Shown here: positions 13,286-25,380 of the stretch, in pieces
Layout of the letters: each line of letters begins with the position of its first letter
How positions within the stretch are numbered: the first letter of the stretch is position 1
Assembly: GCF_009834535.1 (NCBI RefSeq)
Contig: NC_045697.1
Location: 89,840,001 to 89,904,000, forward strand
Length of the DNA: 64,000 nt
Direction: 5' to 3'
Source of the DNA: Camelus ferus
Lineage: Eukaryota
The notes under the pieces: generated by a model
What the model was told of the DNA's origin: nothing
The model's input: the letters and a program-made list of their open reading frames with translations, nothing else
Databases searched by the model: none
Program-made: the position numbers and the translations under genes

Positions 13286-13562
13286 TAAGAAAGATATTTC
13301 GAATTGCTAGAACTTCAAAATACTGGAACAAAAATGAAGAATGCTTTTGATAGGCTCAGCAGATTTCACATGGCTGAGGAAGGAGTCAGTAGCTTCAAGA
13401 TAGGTCTGTAGAAATCTCTTAACTAAAGTACACATAGAAACAAAAGAATGAAAAAAAAGATCAGAACAGAACATCCAAAACAGACAATTTCAAAAGTTGC
13501 AGTATACACATAGTTGAATACCAGAAAAACAAAGAATGGAGCAGGAAGAATACTGGAAGTAA

Positions 13563-13981
13563 TATAATCACAAATCTAACTCCACTGTTTGATTTCTGAC
13601 ATCTTTAATCCTCACTCTTCCCTCTTTCCCTTTGTGTCCCACATCTGGATAAGCCTACATGCTCCTTCCTTGGGGCTAGCAGGAGGTTCACACCATGGCA
13701 TAGAAACCTTCGTCTTGGCTCTATTCCCTAACCACCATAAAACCACAACACAATTTCTTTTCCTAGCTCTGACAAGAACTGTAGCATTTGCTTGGGAGTT
13801 CTCTTGCTCTTTCTAGAAAGCCTCATTATGTGAGAAATAAAACTTTTCAGATCCTCCTCTGTGTGTGTGTGTGTGTGTCTGTGTCTATGTGTCTGTGTCT
13901 ATGTGTTTGTTATCATCAGGATCAACTTTCGTATCAGATTTTGACCTGGCTCCATCCTGTCTTTGAGGATGGGTCACAAAA
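13563..13981 (+). mobile_element. ERVL solo LTR (LTR52-like) nested in L1 ORF1
   Basis: tctaactcca...cccacatctgg...ccctaaccacca...agaaagcctcattatgtgagaAATAAAacttttca; 5-bp TSD AGTAA at 13558-13562 and 13982-13986; internal (TG)n expansion at ~13859-13910. Confidence 0.8.
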
Positions 13982-15095
13982 AGTAATAATGACTGAGAAG
14001 TTTCTAAAATCAATGACAGACACCAAATCAGAGATCTGGAAAGCTCAGAGAGTCCCTAGTAGTATAAATATTCACATCTCCAAAAAAAAAAAAGAAAAAA
14101 AGAAAAGAAAACCACTTAAGGATATCATACTCAAACATCAGGAAGACAAAGAAAACAAGGAAATCTCGAAAAAAATCCAGAGGGGGGAATATCTTACCCA
14201 CAGAGGAAAAAAGATAAGAATTAGAATGTAATTCTCATAACCATGGACGTAGGAGTGTAGAATAAAATATTTAAAGTGTTAGAAGAAAATAAACCATCAA
14301 CCCAGCATTCTATATCCAGTAAAATCAACCTCCAAAACTAGAGAAGTAGTAAAACTTTCCTCTATGAATACAAGTAGAGGGAATTCATCACCAACAGAAT
14401 TGCCTTGCAAGAAATACTTATAAAACTCTTCAGGAAAAACAAAAATAATACAGAAACTAAGATCTACATAAAGAAATAAAGAACATTAGAGAAGGAATAA
14501 ATTAAGGTAATATAAAATCCTTCGTTTTTTATTCTTAAATTATCAAAAAGATAACTGTTTAAAGTAAAAATAATAATAATGCACTGGGTGATTATAACAT
14601 ATGGATAATTGAAATGAATAACAGCAATGTCATAAGGAGGAAGAAAATGGGAACGCTTTTTCATAGGATACTTACAGTACATGGGAGTGGTATGGGATTA
14701 TTTAAAGTTGATTTAGATTAGTTTAAAAAGTATATTGCAAATTCTGGGGCAATCACTAAGAATTTTATAAAAAGAAGTATAATTTATATGCTACCAAAAA
14801 TCAAAAAATGAAATGGAATTTTATTAAATGCTTAATTAAAACAGCAGAAAAAGAGAGTTGGGGGGGAAGTGCAAAGATAACAAACAGAAAACAGTTACAA
14901 CCATGACAGATATTCATTGAAATGTATCAATAATCACTTTAAATGTGAATAACCCAATTAAAAGACAGATTATCAGAGTGGATTAAAAGGCAAGATCCAG
15001 CTATATGTTACCTAAGAAACTGACTTTAAATAGGTTAAGAGTAATTAGGTGGAGAAAGATATATCACGATAACACTAAAAAGAAAGTTGGAGTAA

Positions 15096-15835
15096 AGGAA
15101 CCCTTCTACACTGTTGGTGGGAATGTAAATTGGTGTGGCCACTATGGAGAACAGTATGGAGGTTCCTTAAAAAACTAAAAATAGACCTACCATATGATCC
15201 AGCAATCCCACTTCTGGGCATATATCCGGAGAAAACTATAATTTGAAAAGGCACACGCACATCAGTGTTCTTAGGAGCACTATTAACAATAGCCAAGACA
15301 TGAAAACAAACTAAATGCCCATCGACAGATGACTGGATAAAGATATGGCATATATACACAATGGAATATTACTCATCCATAAAAAGGAATGAAATAATGC
15401 TATTTGCAGCAACATGGATGGACCTGGAGATTATCATACTAAGTGAAGTAAGCCAAAAAGAGAAAGACAAATATCATTTATATGTGCAATCTAAAAAAAA
15501 AAAAAAAGATACAAATTCTTTTTACAAACCAAAAACAGACTCACAGGCATAGAAAACAAACTATGGTTACCAAAGGGGAAAGGGCAGGAGAGGGATAAAT
15601 TAGGAGTTTGGGATTAACAGATACACATTACTTAATGTAAAATAGACAAACAACAAGTACCTACTGTATAGAGCACGGAACTAGTTTCTTGTAATAACAT
15701 ATAAAGGAAAAGAATCTGAAAAGAAAAAGTATATATATGCATGTATATGTATAACTGAATTACTTTGCTCTATACCAGAAACTAACATTGTAAATCAACT
15801 ATACTTCAATAAAATAAAAAATTAGAAAAAAAAAG
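15096..15835 (+). mobile_element. Young 5'-truncated LINE-1 3' end nested in the EN region of the old L1
   Basis: ORF2 C-terminus ([39 protein letters not shown]), 3'UTR and A tail; 15-bp TSD AGAAAGTTGGA(G/A)TAA at 15081-15095 and 15836-15850. Confidence 0.95.
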
Positions 15836-16984
15836 AGAAAGTTGGAATAACTATTAATTTCAGACAAAGCTGACTTTAACACTAGGAATATTATCAAGAA
15901 TAGAGACAGGGATGACATAATGACAAAGAGGTCAACTTATCAAAAAGGCGTAACAATCCTGTACCTGAACCCATCTAACAGGTGAGCATCAAAATATAGA
16001 AGTCAAACATTTATAATATTAAAATAAGAAACAGACAAATTCAGTATTATAGTTGGAGACTTCAACACCCCTCTGTTAGTAGTGATAGATTTAGCAGGCA
16101 GAAAATGAGTAAGGATGGTATGAAACATCACTATCAATCAACTTGGTCTAACTGCAATAGCCCATCCGTTAACAGCAAAATATGAATTCTTCATAAGCTT
16201 ATACGGAATTGTCACCAAGATAGACCACATCCTGGGCCATAAAATACATTTTAAGAAATTTAAAAGAAGAGAAATTGTACAAAGTATGTTCTATACCACA
16301 AAGGGAAATACATCACAATCTCACAAAGTATTTCTTTCAATTTTTTCATTATTTTAATTTTACAAATGCTATTTTTAAAACTAAAGTTCATTTCCCTATA
16401 CATTTCCTCTATTTTTGGTTCCCTCAGCCTTTTGGACCTATAAACAGTAAGTCTAACCTTCACTTTAAATGTCAGCCCTCCAGATATTTGAAGACATGCC
16501 TTCACAAGCAGTTTTATCAACAGGAAATGTGTTCAGTCCTTTTGATCATTAAATATCAAGTCTCTAAATACTTAAACTCTTGGTGACTTTGTATACATTT
16601 TCAAACTTTCTCATATCCCATTAAAATACTGTAAGTGTTACAACACATGATGGAGATGAGATTTCCATTTAAGATGGCACTTGAACCTATGAGTCTACAA
16701 ACCTCCTAAATTAAATAACAGAAATAATTCAATAGAAGAGGCCTATTTCTTCAAAAAGATCATTTTTCTGTATTAAATTTAAATTGAATAAACCTAGGTG
16801 GTTTCTTATGATGATTTAATGCTAAAGCCAAAGAAAGCGTGTTCCGTACTTTATTCACCCAGTTAATTATTCATCAAATATTTTTTTCAATTATTACATA
16901 CATTTTCCATAAAATTTTAAGAGTCTGCTTATACATGAGGTACACAGTAGGTAATCAGAAATTATTGCTTGAAAAATTAAACCA

Positions 16985-17165
16985 CTTGTTATGGTATCAT
17001 TGTAGATTCATCAATTGTAACAAATGTATCCTCTGTTGAGGCACGTTAATAATAGGCTGTGCTTGTGTTGGGGCAGGGAGTAGATGGGACATCTCTGTAC
17101 ATTTGCTCAATTTTCCAGTGAACTTAAAACTGCTTTAAAAGATAAATAATAAAAGTCTTAAAAAG
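16985..17165 (+). mobile_element. Old L1 3'UTR tail (L1MC-like)
   Basis: tgtagattcatcaattgtaacaaatgta...gttaataatagg...atctctgtac...caattttccagtgaacttaaaactgct. Confidence 0.75.
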
Positions 17166-17219
17166 AAGGGAAAAATGAACTACTCACTACTCTATGAATT
17201 CTGATTTCATTTACATATG

Positions 17220-17566
17220 CAGGCATCTCTCTGTATCTAAGGAAGATTTTTTTTCCAGGACTCCCTGGAGATACCAAAATCTGTGAGTGCTCAAGTCCTC
17301 ATATAAAATGGTGTAGTATTTGCATGTAACTTAGGCACATCCTCCCATATACTTTGAATCATCTCTACATTTCTTATAATATCTAATACAATTTAAATGT
17401 AATGTAAATAAATAGTTGTAAGTACAATGTAAATGCTATGTATACAGTTGCCAGCAAGTGACAAATTTGCTTTTTGGAAATTTCTGGCTTTTTTTTTTCC
17501 TAATATTTTTGATCCAAGGTTGGTTGAATCCCTGATGGGTAACCTGTGGACACATAGGGCCAACTG
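17220..17566 (+). mobile_element. MER2-type Tigger (TcMar) non-autonomous DNA transposon
   Basis: ttccaggactccc...gataccaaaatctgtgagtgctcaagtcc...tataaaatggtgtagtatttgcat; ends ggttggttgaatcc...agggccaactg followed by TA. Confidence 0.9.
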
Positions 17567-18924
17567 TACAATTTTTGAACATTTGATTAAATTAGTAGAC
17601 AAATAAATAGTAAGAAAATTCTGGGGAAAAAATCCAGCATTTTTCCTGATGAACAGTCTCTCTTCTCATCGTGCGTCAATTCAGTCAATTTGGCCTCATT
17701 AGCTATGCACATAGGTATGTGTGCAATCTTGATTTTTCTGTCCAAATTGAGTAACATAAAGCACAAAATAAAAAGGCAGTAAGCTGTCAAGCTGTACTTT
17801 GTAAGCACAGACTTAATGACAAAGAAGATTTTGCCTGCTTGTCTAAATCATTCTGAAATTCCAAGCATGCGAGATTTTTCCTGGTAATTTAATCATAATA
17901 TCTTTGGAGAAATTTCCAGTTACTTTGTATTTACTGAAAATTTTCATGCAGATAAAAGTCTTAAGACAACTTTGAGAAATTAACTTGTGGATGGAAATGG
18001 AATGTGTTTTGCAAGAGTGCAGATGAAAAAACAAAACCTAAGAACTGATAGGTATTATATTTTATTTTAAGTTATATGTTTCCCCTCCCAAGGTCATATT
18101 TATCTGGATCATAAAATAGAATTATAGAATTTAAGAGAGCCAAATTTAAATTAACAAAATAATCTGAATTTTTAAGCCCTCCAGTAATTGTTATTAGTAT
18201 CTGTGTGCAAAAATAAACACTTCTCTGAAATACATCTAGGTGCTAGACAGTCCAAAAGAGAAGTTTTAGTTGTGTAACGTAGCCTTATGTGTTCTGAGGG
18301 ATTTAGCCAAAGTTGAAATAAAATATGTGTGTGCACTTAAGTTTCATACTGAAGGTGTGTAAAAATTGTTTTGTTTATCCTAACCAAATTTTTTCAGCCC
18401 TTTAGCCTGAAAAAAAGTTTAAAACAAATTGTTTATATGAGAATGATATTTTTTTAAAGAGTTAAGCTAGAATCCCCACTGACATAATTACTTTGCGCCC
18501 ACTCACCCCTCACCATACCAAAAGCATCCACTTTTTTTTAAGGTCTGAGAATAGATTCACACACTTGTAACCTTCCTTCATGGTCTGTCCCTTCCACCCA
18601 TGTAGGTGGAAATAGAAGGTTCAACCCTAAAACACAGCAAGAGCTCTGAAGAAAGATGTGAGGTCAGATCCCTGAAAATTCACCACTTCTATTTGCTGTG
18701 AGGTAGTACTGTGTCTCCTCCCATGACACAGAAGTTCCTCCCTTCCTTGCCCACCTATCATGCACAGTCAATGTTCTACATTTTGCAGGTTTCACATAAC
18801 CTTTGAAAAATCTATTTGTGAAACCCTTGAAATTTCTCTGAGGTTCTATGAACAACCATCACTGGGACTTGGACATTAGGTTAGGCATTAAGTATTTAAT
18901 AAGTCAATATTAGGTATGTAGAAA

Positions 18925-19600
18925 CAACTGAATCCCTCATATCCGGCATATTTGAGATCAGTCATTGGTAAGATCATTGAAAAGGAAGTTAAATCTGGAA
19001 ATCATAAAATAAGTGATATAACTGTAACTTAAACATTTAATTTTAACTTAAAACATAGAAATGCATGTCATTCTCCAATGCAGGAGTAAGGCCATTTCTT
19101 AAAGAATGGGTCTGCAATTTGCAGTTTCTTCATTTTTTCTATCAGTTATATGCAAAATGCCCCATCTACTACTGCCACTTTAAAGAGAAACTAGAATGTA
19201 TCAAAAGAAACGCAAGACAATTTAAATGCAAAAGCCTTCTAGCACCTTATAGTACCTCTTCCTAACAATCATAACTTTTCAGGTATACAATTTTATTGCA
19301 ACTAACCTTTATGTAATCTTTCAAACCATGCTATTTAGCTTTTATAGTAGTAATTATTTTTGGCCACTTTCATATTTCATTGACTTATGCAATATTCAAT
19401 ATAGCAGATGCCACTGATAAGAGTTTGGAAAAAACACTACTGACTCATACCAGGCATACAAATAAAGTAGCAGGAGCAGAAATGCAGAGTTTTCAGTATG
19501 CTAAAGGCTCTAATCAGTATGTTACAGATAAAATGGAGAACTTTAGTTAATCCAGTAGTTGGTTAAGGGTGAACCATTTAAGCCAATTTCTATTGCACTT
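18925..19600. mobile_element. Possible very old Tigger-like remnant
   Basis: caactgaatccctcatatccggcatatttg resembles old Tigger termini; the right terminus is only weakly similar. Confidence 0.25.
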
Positions 19601-21529
19601 ATCAAAGTCATCAGTTTAGGTACAGATTGGAAAATAGATTAAATTTCTTTCCTATATGATTAGATCTCCTAGGGCAGAACTTGATACATTTTTCAACCAC
19701 TGGATTGAAGTAACTATTATTTTTTTGAGATCTGAATTGAAGGAGAGGGATTAAGTGTAGTAGAAAGAAAACTAGAATAGAAAATAGAAAAAAATTGAAA
19801 CCACATCTCCATCTCTTCCCAGCCTTGGGAATATAAAAGAAAAATAATGATCTATTGCACAAATTTGATGTGAAAATATAAAGATATAACACATGCTAAA
19901 GTGTTTTTTAATCTTCCAAATATTGTCCATATACATTTTAAAAAATAGTATTATGCTATTTTGTCTGTTACTTAAGTTTCCTAGCAGATTATAGTAAATG
20001 GTTGGTTTCACAATATTTATTATATCAATATAGCTAATAAACAATTTGAAATACGGTATTCTATACATATAAAAATCACCCCATAGTAGCACAAAATTTT
20101 TAAGCCAACTCTGCAAATATATTTAGTATAAAAATGGCCAGAAATATTTTTAACAAATACTGTTATTACAATCAAATACAAGAAATAAGCAAAACCCACT
20201 ATATCATGCACCCAGTTCAAGGGTCTGAAATTTGGTTATTTGGAATTTGCAATTGGATTAACGATTCTGTATTTCAGTCATAACATTTACATAATTTCTT
20301 TGCCAACACTGAATTTATGCTCATTCACCATAAGAGGGAACATTCATTTCCATTGCATTATGTATGTTGGTAAACTCTAAGGCACAAAAATCAAGTTAAC
20401 AGTGCTTCCATTGTAAGTCTTTTATCACGTATCTGTACATCACATTTCAAAAACCAAGGACTCATGTTGAAATTGGCTAATAACCAAAACACTCACTGTC
20501 AAATTAACTGTTCCCATCTGAGGTGATAAATGGAGAGTTCATAACTGTAAACCATGGCATATGAAAAATAGCTCATTGACATCTGTTCTTAACATCTGGC
20601 TTTTTAATCGATGCACCAAAGCAAATGGGATATGCAATTCTACTTTGCCCCTCAAAAATTAGCCTTTGTGATCCTTTCTGTCTGAATTACATGACCACAT
20701 AGCTCTACAAAATAAAAGAGTTTACTGTTATATTAGTAAAGGCCAAGCACACAGGTCCATGCACGTTTTACACCTATCCTTTATTTAACAATAACTTATT
20801 ACTGGCAATATCATGAGACAGTATTAATGTAAGCCCTCTCCCTCAGGAAAGGCAAAACAAGGGCCACACTCCTTCCCCTCCCTGTCCCGGGCTCCTCAGG
20901 AAAAACAAAGAAAACAACACATACACACATATATATAGTTTCTCAAAGCATTCTTTATAGGGAGACATTTTTAAACCAGTTATGTTTTCATTACCAGCAA
21001 ACACTAAGAAGTGACTTCTCCATAAGGTTTTCAAACTCACTTAATATAAAATAGACATAAAATCGAAATGTGTATTGGCGGATTTACTATAATGTTTACT
21101 ACAAATGCAACAGCAAAGTGATACACACATATACGAAAATAAAACCGAGTCAAAGAATGTGCTGAAAACGGCTGTACTGGTGACTAATGTGTTTGTGCCA
21201 AGAAAACACTCAATGAGTATGAAGACAATCCTCAAGGAATCCAACACAACATTTGGTTTATATGGTTCATTAATAATATGAATAATATAACTAATTCATC
21301 CAAGAATAATGTATGTAAAACATTGGTAAGTAGTTCAATGAATCAAATTGTCCCAAGTTTGCATAATGATGTATGTATCCTCAGGAAACAGACAGACTAC
21401 AGAACATTCAAATCATACCTTTAGGTCTAACTTTTAAGTTTATAAGCATGACTGAATGGTCAAAATGGCTCATACCTTCTGGTCTCTACTAGTCCTACTT
21501 TAGAGAGACTGATCTAAGTTAAGTGAAGT

Positions 21530-22370
21530 TATGTATTTATTAAGACCTTGCAGTGCCCTCAACATGCCAGACCCCATGCAAGCACCTAAGAATGCAGTAA
21601 GTGAATCTGCAGGGCACTTAGTCTGATAGAGTCAAGCGAAATAGCAATTCCCTGTAGTGTGACAACTGAGAGTAAAAGGAAGTACCCTGTCCTAAATGAA
21701 GGACTACCTAACTCAAACTAGGAGAGTAGGGGAGGCTTCCTGAATGAACTGATTGCTAAGATGAAAACAGAAACTATTTTTTTTTTACTTAAGCAAGGAG
21801 GGGAAAGAGATAAATTGGGAGTTTGGGATTAGCCAATACAAACTACAATATACACACCAGATAAACAACAAGCTCCTATTCTATAGCACAGGGAACTATA
21901 TTCAATAACTTGTAATAACTATAATGAAAAAAGATACAAAAAAGAATAAATATATATATATGTGTATGTATAACTGAATAGCTATGCTATACACCAAAAA
22001 CACCACAACACTGTAAATCAACTACACTTTAATTTAAAAAAAAATAGGCAAGAAGTAAAGCAGTGTGTGTGCTAGATGGAGGGAACAGTGGATCTGCAAG
22101 AGAATGCCTAGTAAGAAAAAAATTAAAAGAAGCCATGATATGGCAGAAACATACCATGAAAAAGAGGAAGAAGTGTGAAATAAAGCTAGAAAAGGAAGCA
22201 GCCTGGAGAAGATATATATGACTCTGTACACTCAGTTAAGAATTTTGGACTTTATCCAAAGAGCAAAAGAGAGATTTTAGCAGGAAATTGACAAGATATG
22301 ATCTGTGGTTTTGAATGACCCCTGTAGCTAATGTATGGCAAGAGGATTGGAGAGGGGTAAAAACTGGAGA
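21530..22370 (-). mobile_element. LINE-2 fragment interrupted by an L1 tail
   Basis: gtatttattaag start, ggggaggcttcctgaatga, gagggaacag, ttaagaattttggactttatcc, gatatgatctgtggttttgaatgaccc. Confidence 0.7.
21798..22044 (+). mobile_element. Young L1 3'UTR tail
   Basis: gataaattgggagtttgggattagc...tatagcacagggaactatattcaata...tgtaaatcaactacactttaatttaaaaaaaa; clearly homologous to 970-1190 and 15590-15820 in this window. Confidence 0.9.
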
Positions 22371-22616
22371 TAATGATCACTGAGACTCACAATACTTTAG
22401 TAACACTTTTATTACTGAATATATGTGGTACCAGTCACTCCCCTGGGAAATTAAATTTGGAAAACTGCATTACATTAATCTGGTTTGTGTACTTCACTGA
22501 TTTAGACGAAAAATAATGTGTTAGTATACAGAAAAGTACTGTGTAAAGTTCAGATAACTATAACTCTCATTTTTCCTTCTTGGGAGGTTCCATGAGAAAC
22601 TTACCTCAGGACTTTT

Positions 22617-23056
22617 GTATCAGCTAGCTATTGCTGAATTAAAAAAACCACTACAAAATTCAGTGATTTAAAGCAACAATAATATATAGCTCACAAATCG
22701 TAACACTGGAAATAGAGTGGTTTCGGTTGGGGGTCTCATTCTTGCATCTGCAGTGTCTGACATCCTTCTATGGGGACGATGGGGTTCACATAGGCATGTC
22801 TTCTCATGGCAACAGCAGATGTGCAAGATGGAGCAAGCCCACTCAAAGAAAAACAAGTTTTGAGATTCTGCTTGTATCATATGGGTTAACATGCCATTGG
22901 CCAAAGCAAGTAACATGGCTGAACCCAGGGTCTAGGATTAGCAAAGAATGTCAGGTCAGAGTGGAAGGACTCCACAAAGTTACATGGTCAAGAGCATGCT
23001 TCCAGGAACCATGAAGAATGAGGTGAAGAACTGGGGTTAATGATGCAATCTACCAA
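22617..23056 (-). mobile_element. MaLR LTR (MLT1G/H-like)
   Basis: TGtatcagctagctattgctg...tcagtgatttaaagcaaca...ccattggccaaagcaagtaacatggctgaaccca...gcaatctacCA. Confidence 0.8.
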
Positions 23057-24844
23057 AATTTAGCACCATGAAAAGTTGCTTGTCTTGTTTATCTTATGAA
23101 CGTAATACCTATATTAACTATCTTATTCTCTTTGTTTTGGCCACTATAAGAAATTGAGCTATATATTTGTAGCCACCATTAGTAATTGTGTAAAATTTGA
23201 TTGCATTTTAATCAGCAGTGCCTAGCACAGTATCTGATGTATGGAAGATACTCAGCACATTTTTTCAATGTTCTTAAAAGAGTTTTTTGCACCTGAATTA
23301 AATAAATTTGACAAGTATATAAGTCCAAATCATTGCCGAAGTTTAAGAAAATAATTTAAATAAATGTAAAGTAAGAATATTAATTATGCTATCAATTACT
23401 TTTATTTTTTAATAATACTGTCCATTTCATTGGATCATTGTGAGGATTAAATAAGAAAGGGTTTAAAATATTTACTATGGAGCCTGGAACACAATCAACA
23501 ACAAAAGAAAGTTACCCAACATTGATATTGGGGACCTTGACATTCCTCCTTTTCATATCGTAGAATGTTAGAGTTAGAAAGAAACTCAGAGGTAACAGCA
23601 TTCCACCCAATGCAAAGTGAATTGTTTCTCCTTACGGCTTTCTTCCTTTTTGCATAGAGCAACAGAGAACAAATATACAATGAAGTATAGAGAAAATAAA
23701 ATTTTAATTACTTTTAAAATTACTTTTTAATTACCTTACTGATGACTCTTAATACCCATACATGCTTTGGTTATAAGAGTAAAAAAATACAATATTATGA
23801 ATATACACTTATTTGAAACCAATATAGTAACAATTAAGGATAATTTCATCATTTATTTATTTTATTATTTATTTACTCTATTCTCAGAAGAGGAAAAGAA
23901 GGAAAGAAGAGAACCAAAAACTATAAGAAAAAAGGAATGACTATAAACAATACAGTGGAAGTGAAGATAATTATTTCATACTTTTGTTAACATTTAATAG
24001 AAAGAAAATCATATCATATTGTTGTAACCTTGAAAAATTACTCATGAAGGTAAATTCACTAACATGAGTGAATAGAATTTGACAGGCATCTTCTCCAATT
24101 GAACTTTTACCAGGATTTTTGTACTCTTAAATATTGATGGAGGCTTAATTTGGAAGGAAAGCCAAACAACAAGAAGCCTCTTCATTGTGCACATTTTCAG
24201 CGTCGTAGATTAGCACCATAATAAAAAGCTTAAATTTTATATTAATTCTTTATTAAAATAAGATAGTACAAATAACTTGTAACCCACAATAAGTGAAGCA
24301 CCAGCACCAAAAAAAAAAAAAAATACTAAGGAGTAATTTCAAAGAAACATAAATAAGTAGGCTCTGTAGACAAAGGTAATGAAACCATTACTTCCAAATA
24401 ATTGGCTGGAAGACCTCACAAAAGGCAATATTGCAAAACAATCCATCATTAGCTGATGTACAAAAGTGTGAGCCTGATACAGAAAAAACCTTTTTGGTGT
24501 AGTACTTAACAATGCATAGGGATTATGGAAACAATCCATATATGACTTGATTGTTTTTGAGGGAGCACATTATTTCACACTCACCCTGATGTTCCCAGAC
24601 TGTGTGACTCAGTGTCTGGCTTGGACTGTGCACAGCTGGTCACATAACCAGTGAGAGGCTTTGGCTTCAGAAGGCCTCAGGCTGCCTTGGCTTTAGGTAT
24701 TTGGAAGTGGCCAGCCTTCCATGCCAAAAAGTCTCAGCCTTCTGTCTATTTTTAGCAGAATGCGTGAGCATTAGTGCCTCAGACTGTCCCTCCTGTCTCA
24801 GGCATCCAATTTTTAACAAGGTGTTTCCCCGGGTAGTGGTCCAT

Positions 24845-25380
24845 AGGCACTCATACACTGCTTGAGGGAATGGAAGTCAGATCAACGTTTTGGAAAGTAA
24901 TTTGGCAATTTTTATTAACAACTTTATGAATTTTCTTGCACTTTGATCCAAGTAAATTAACTTGTAGGAGTCTATGGTGGGGCGATATATGGAGATTATA
25001 TATGTATAATATATAGTATATATATTACATATTACATGTAAAGATTTGCTCACAACAATGCCAGTTAAAACCATATTCACACTTATAAAAAAGTGAAAGG
25101 TTAACTTAAATATCTCAAAATAAAGAAGTTTGAATTAATAAAGAATATTCATGTAATGGCATATCATACAGTCACAGAAAATGAAAATTTATAAAAGTCA
25201 GGGGAAAAAGTGTATATTTTAAAGATAAAATAAAGAATAATCTCAACTACTTACAAACATATATAGGAAAATATGCTGAAGGAAATTTACTTCAGAATAT
25301 TATAAAAGGTACGTCCAGGCCATGGCAGTATGTTTGATGTTTAAATTATTTATGTTTTCCTGTTTTTACAAAGATATATA
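24845..25380 (+). mobile_element. Old L1 (L1ME-like) 3' fragment
   Basis: gcactcatacactgcttgagggaatg...ttttggaaagtaatttggcaat...actttgatccaagtaaatt. Confidence 0.65.

Larger units (their letters stand above)
11890..16310 (+). mobile_element. Old LINE-1 (L1MC/L1MD-like) 5' half: 5'UTR, decayed ORF1, inter-ORF spacer and ORF2 endonuclease region, interrupted by three insertions
   Basis: ORF1-like segments (aatgaagaatgcttttgataggctca; aagctcagagagtccc; caacccagcattctatatccag) and EN motifs (caataatcactttaaatgtgaat, atagttggagacttcaacacccctct = IVGDFNTPL, atagaccacatcctgggccataaa = IDHILGHK). Confidence 0.9.

Noticed and set aside
13788..14231. 147-aa ORF
   Set aside because: Chimera of LTR sequence, a (TG)n repeat and decayed L1 ORF1
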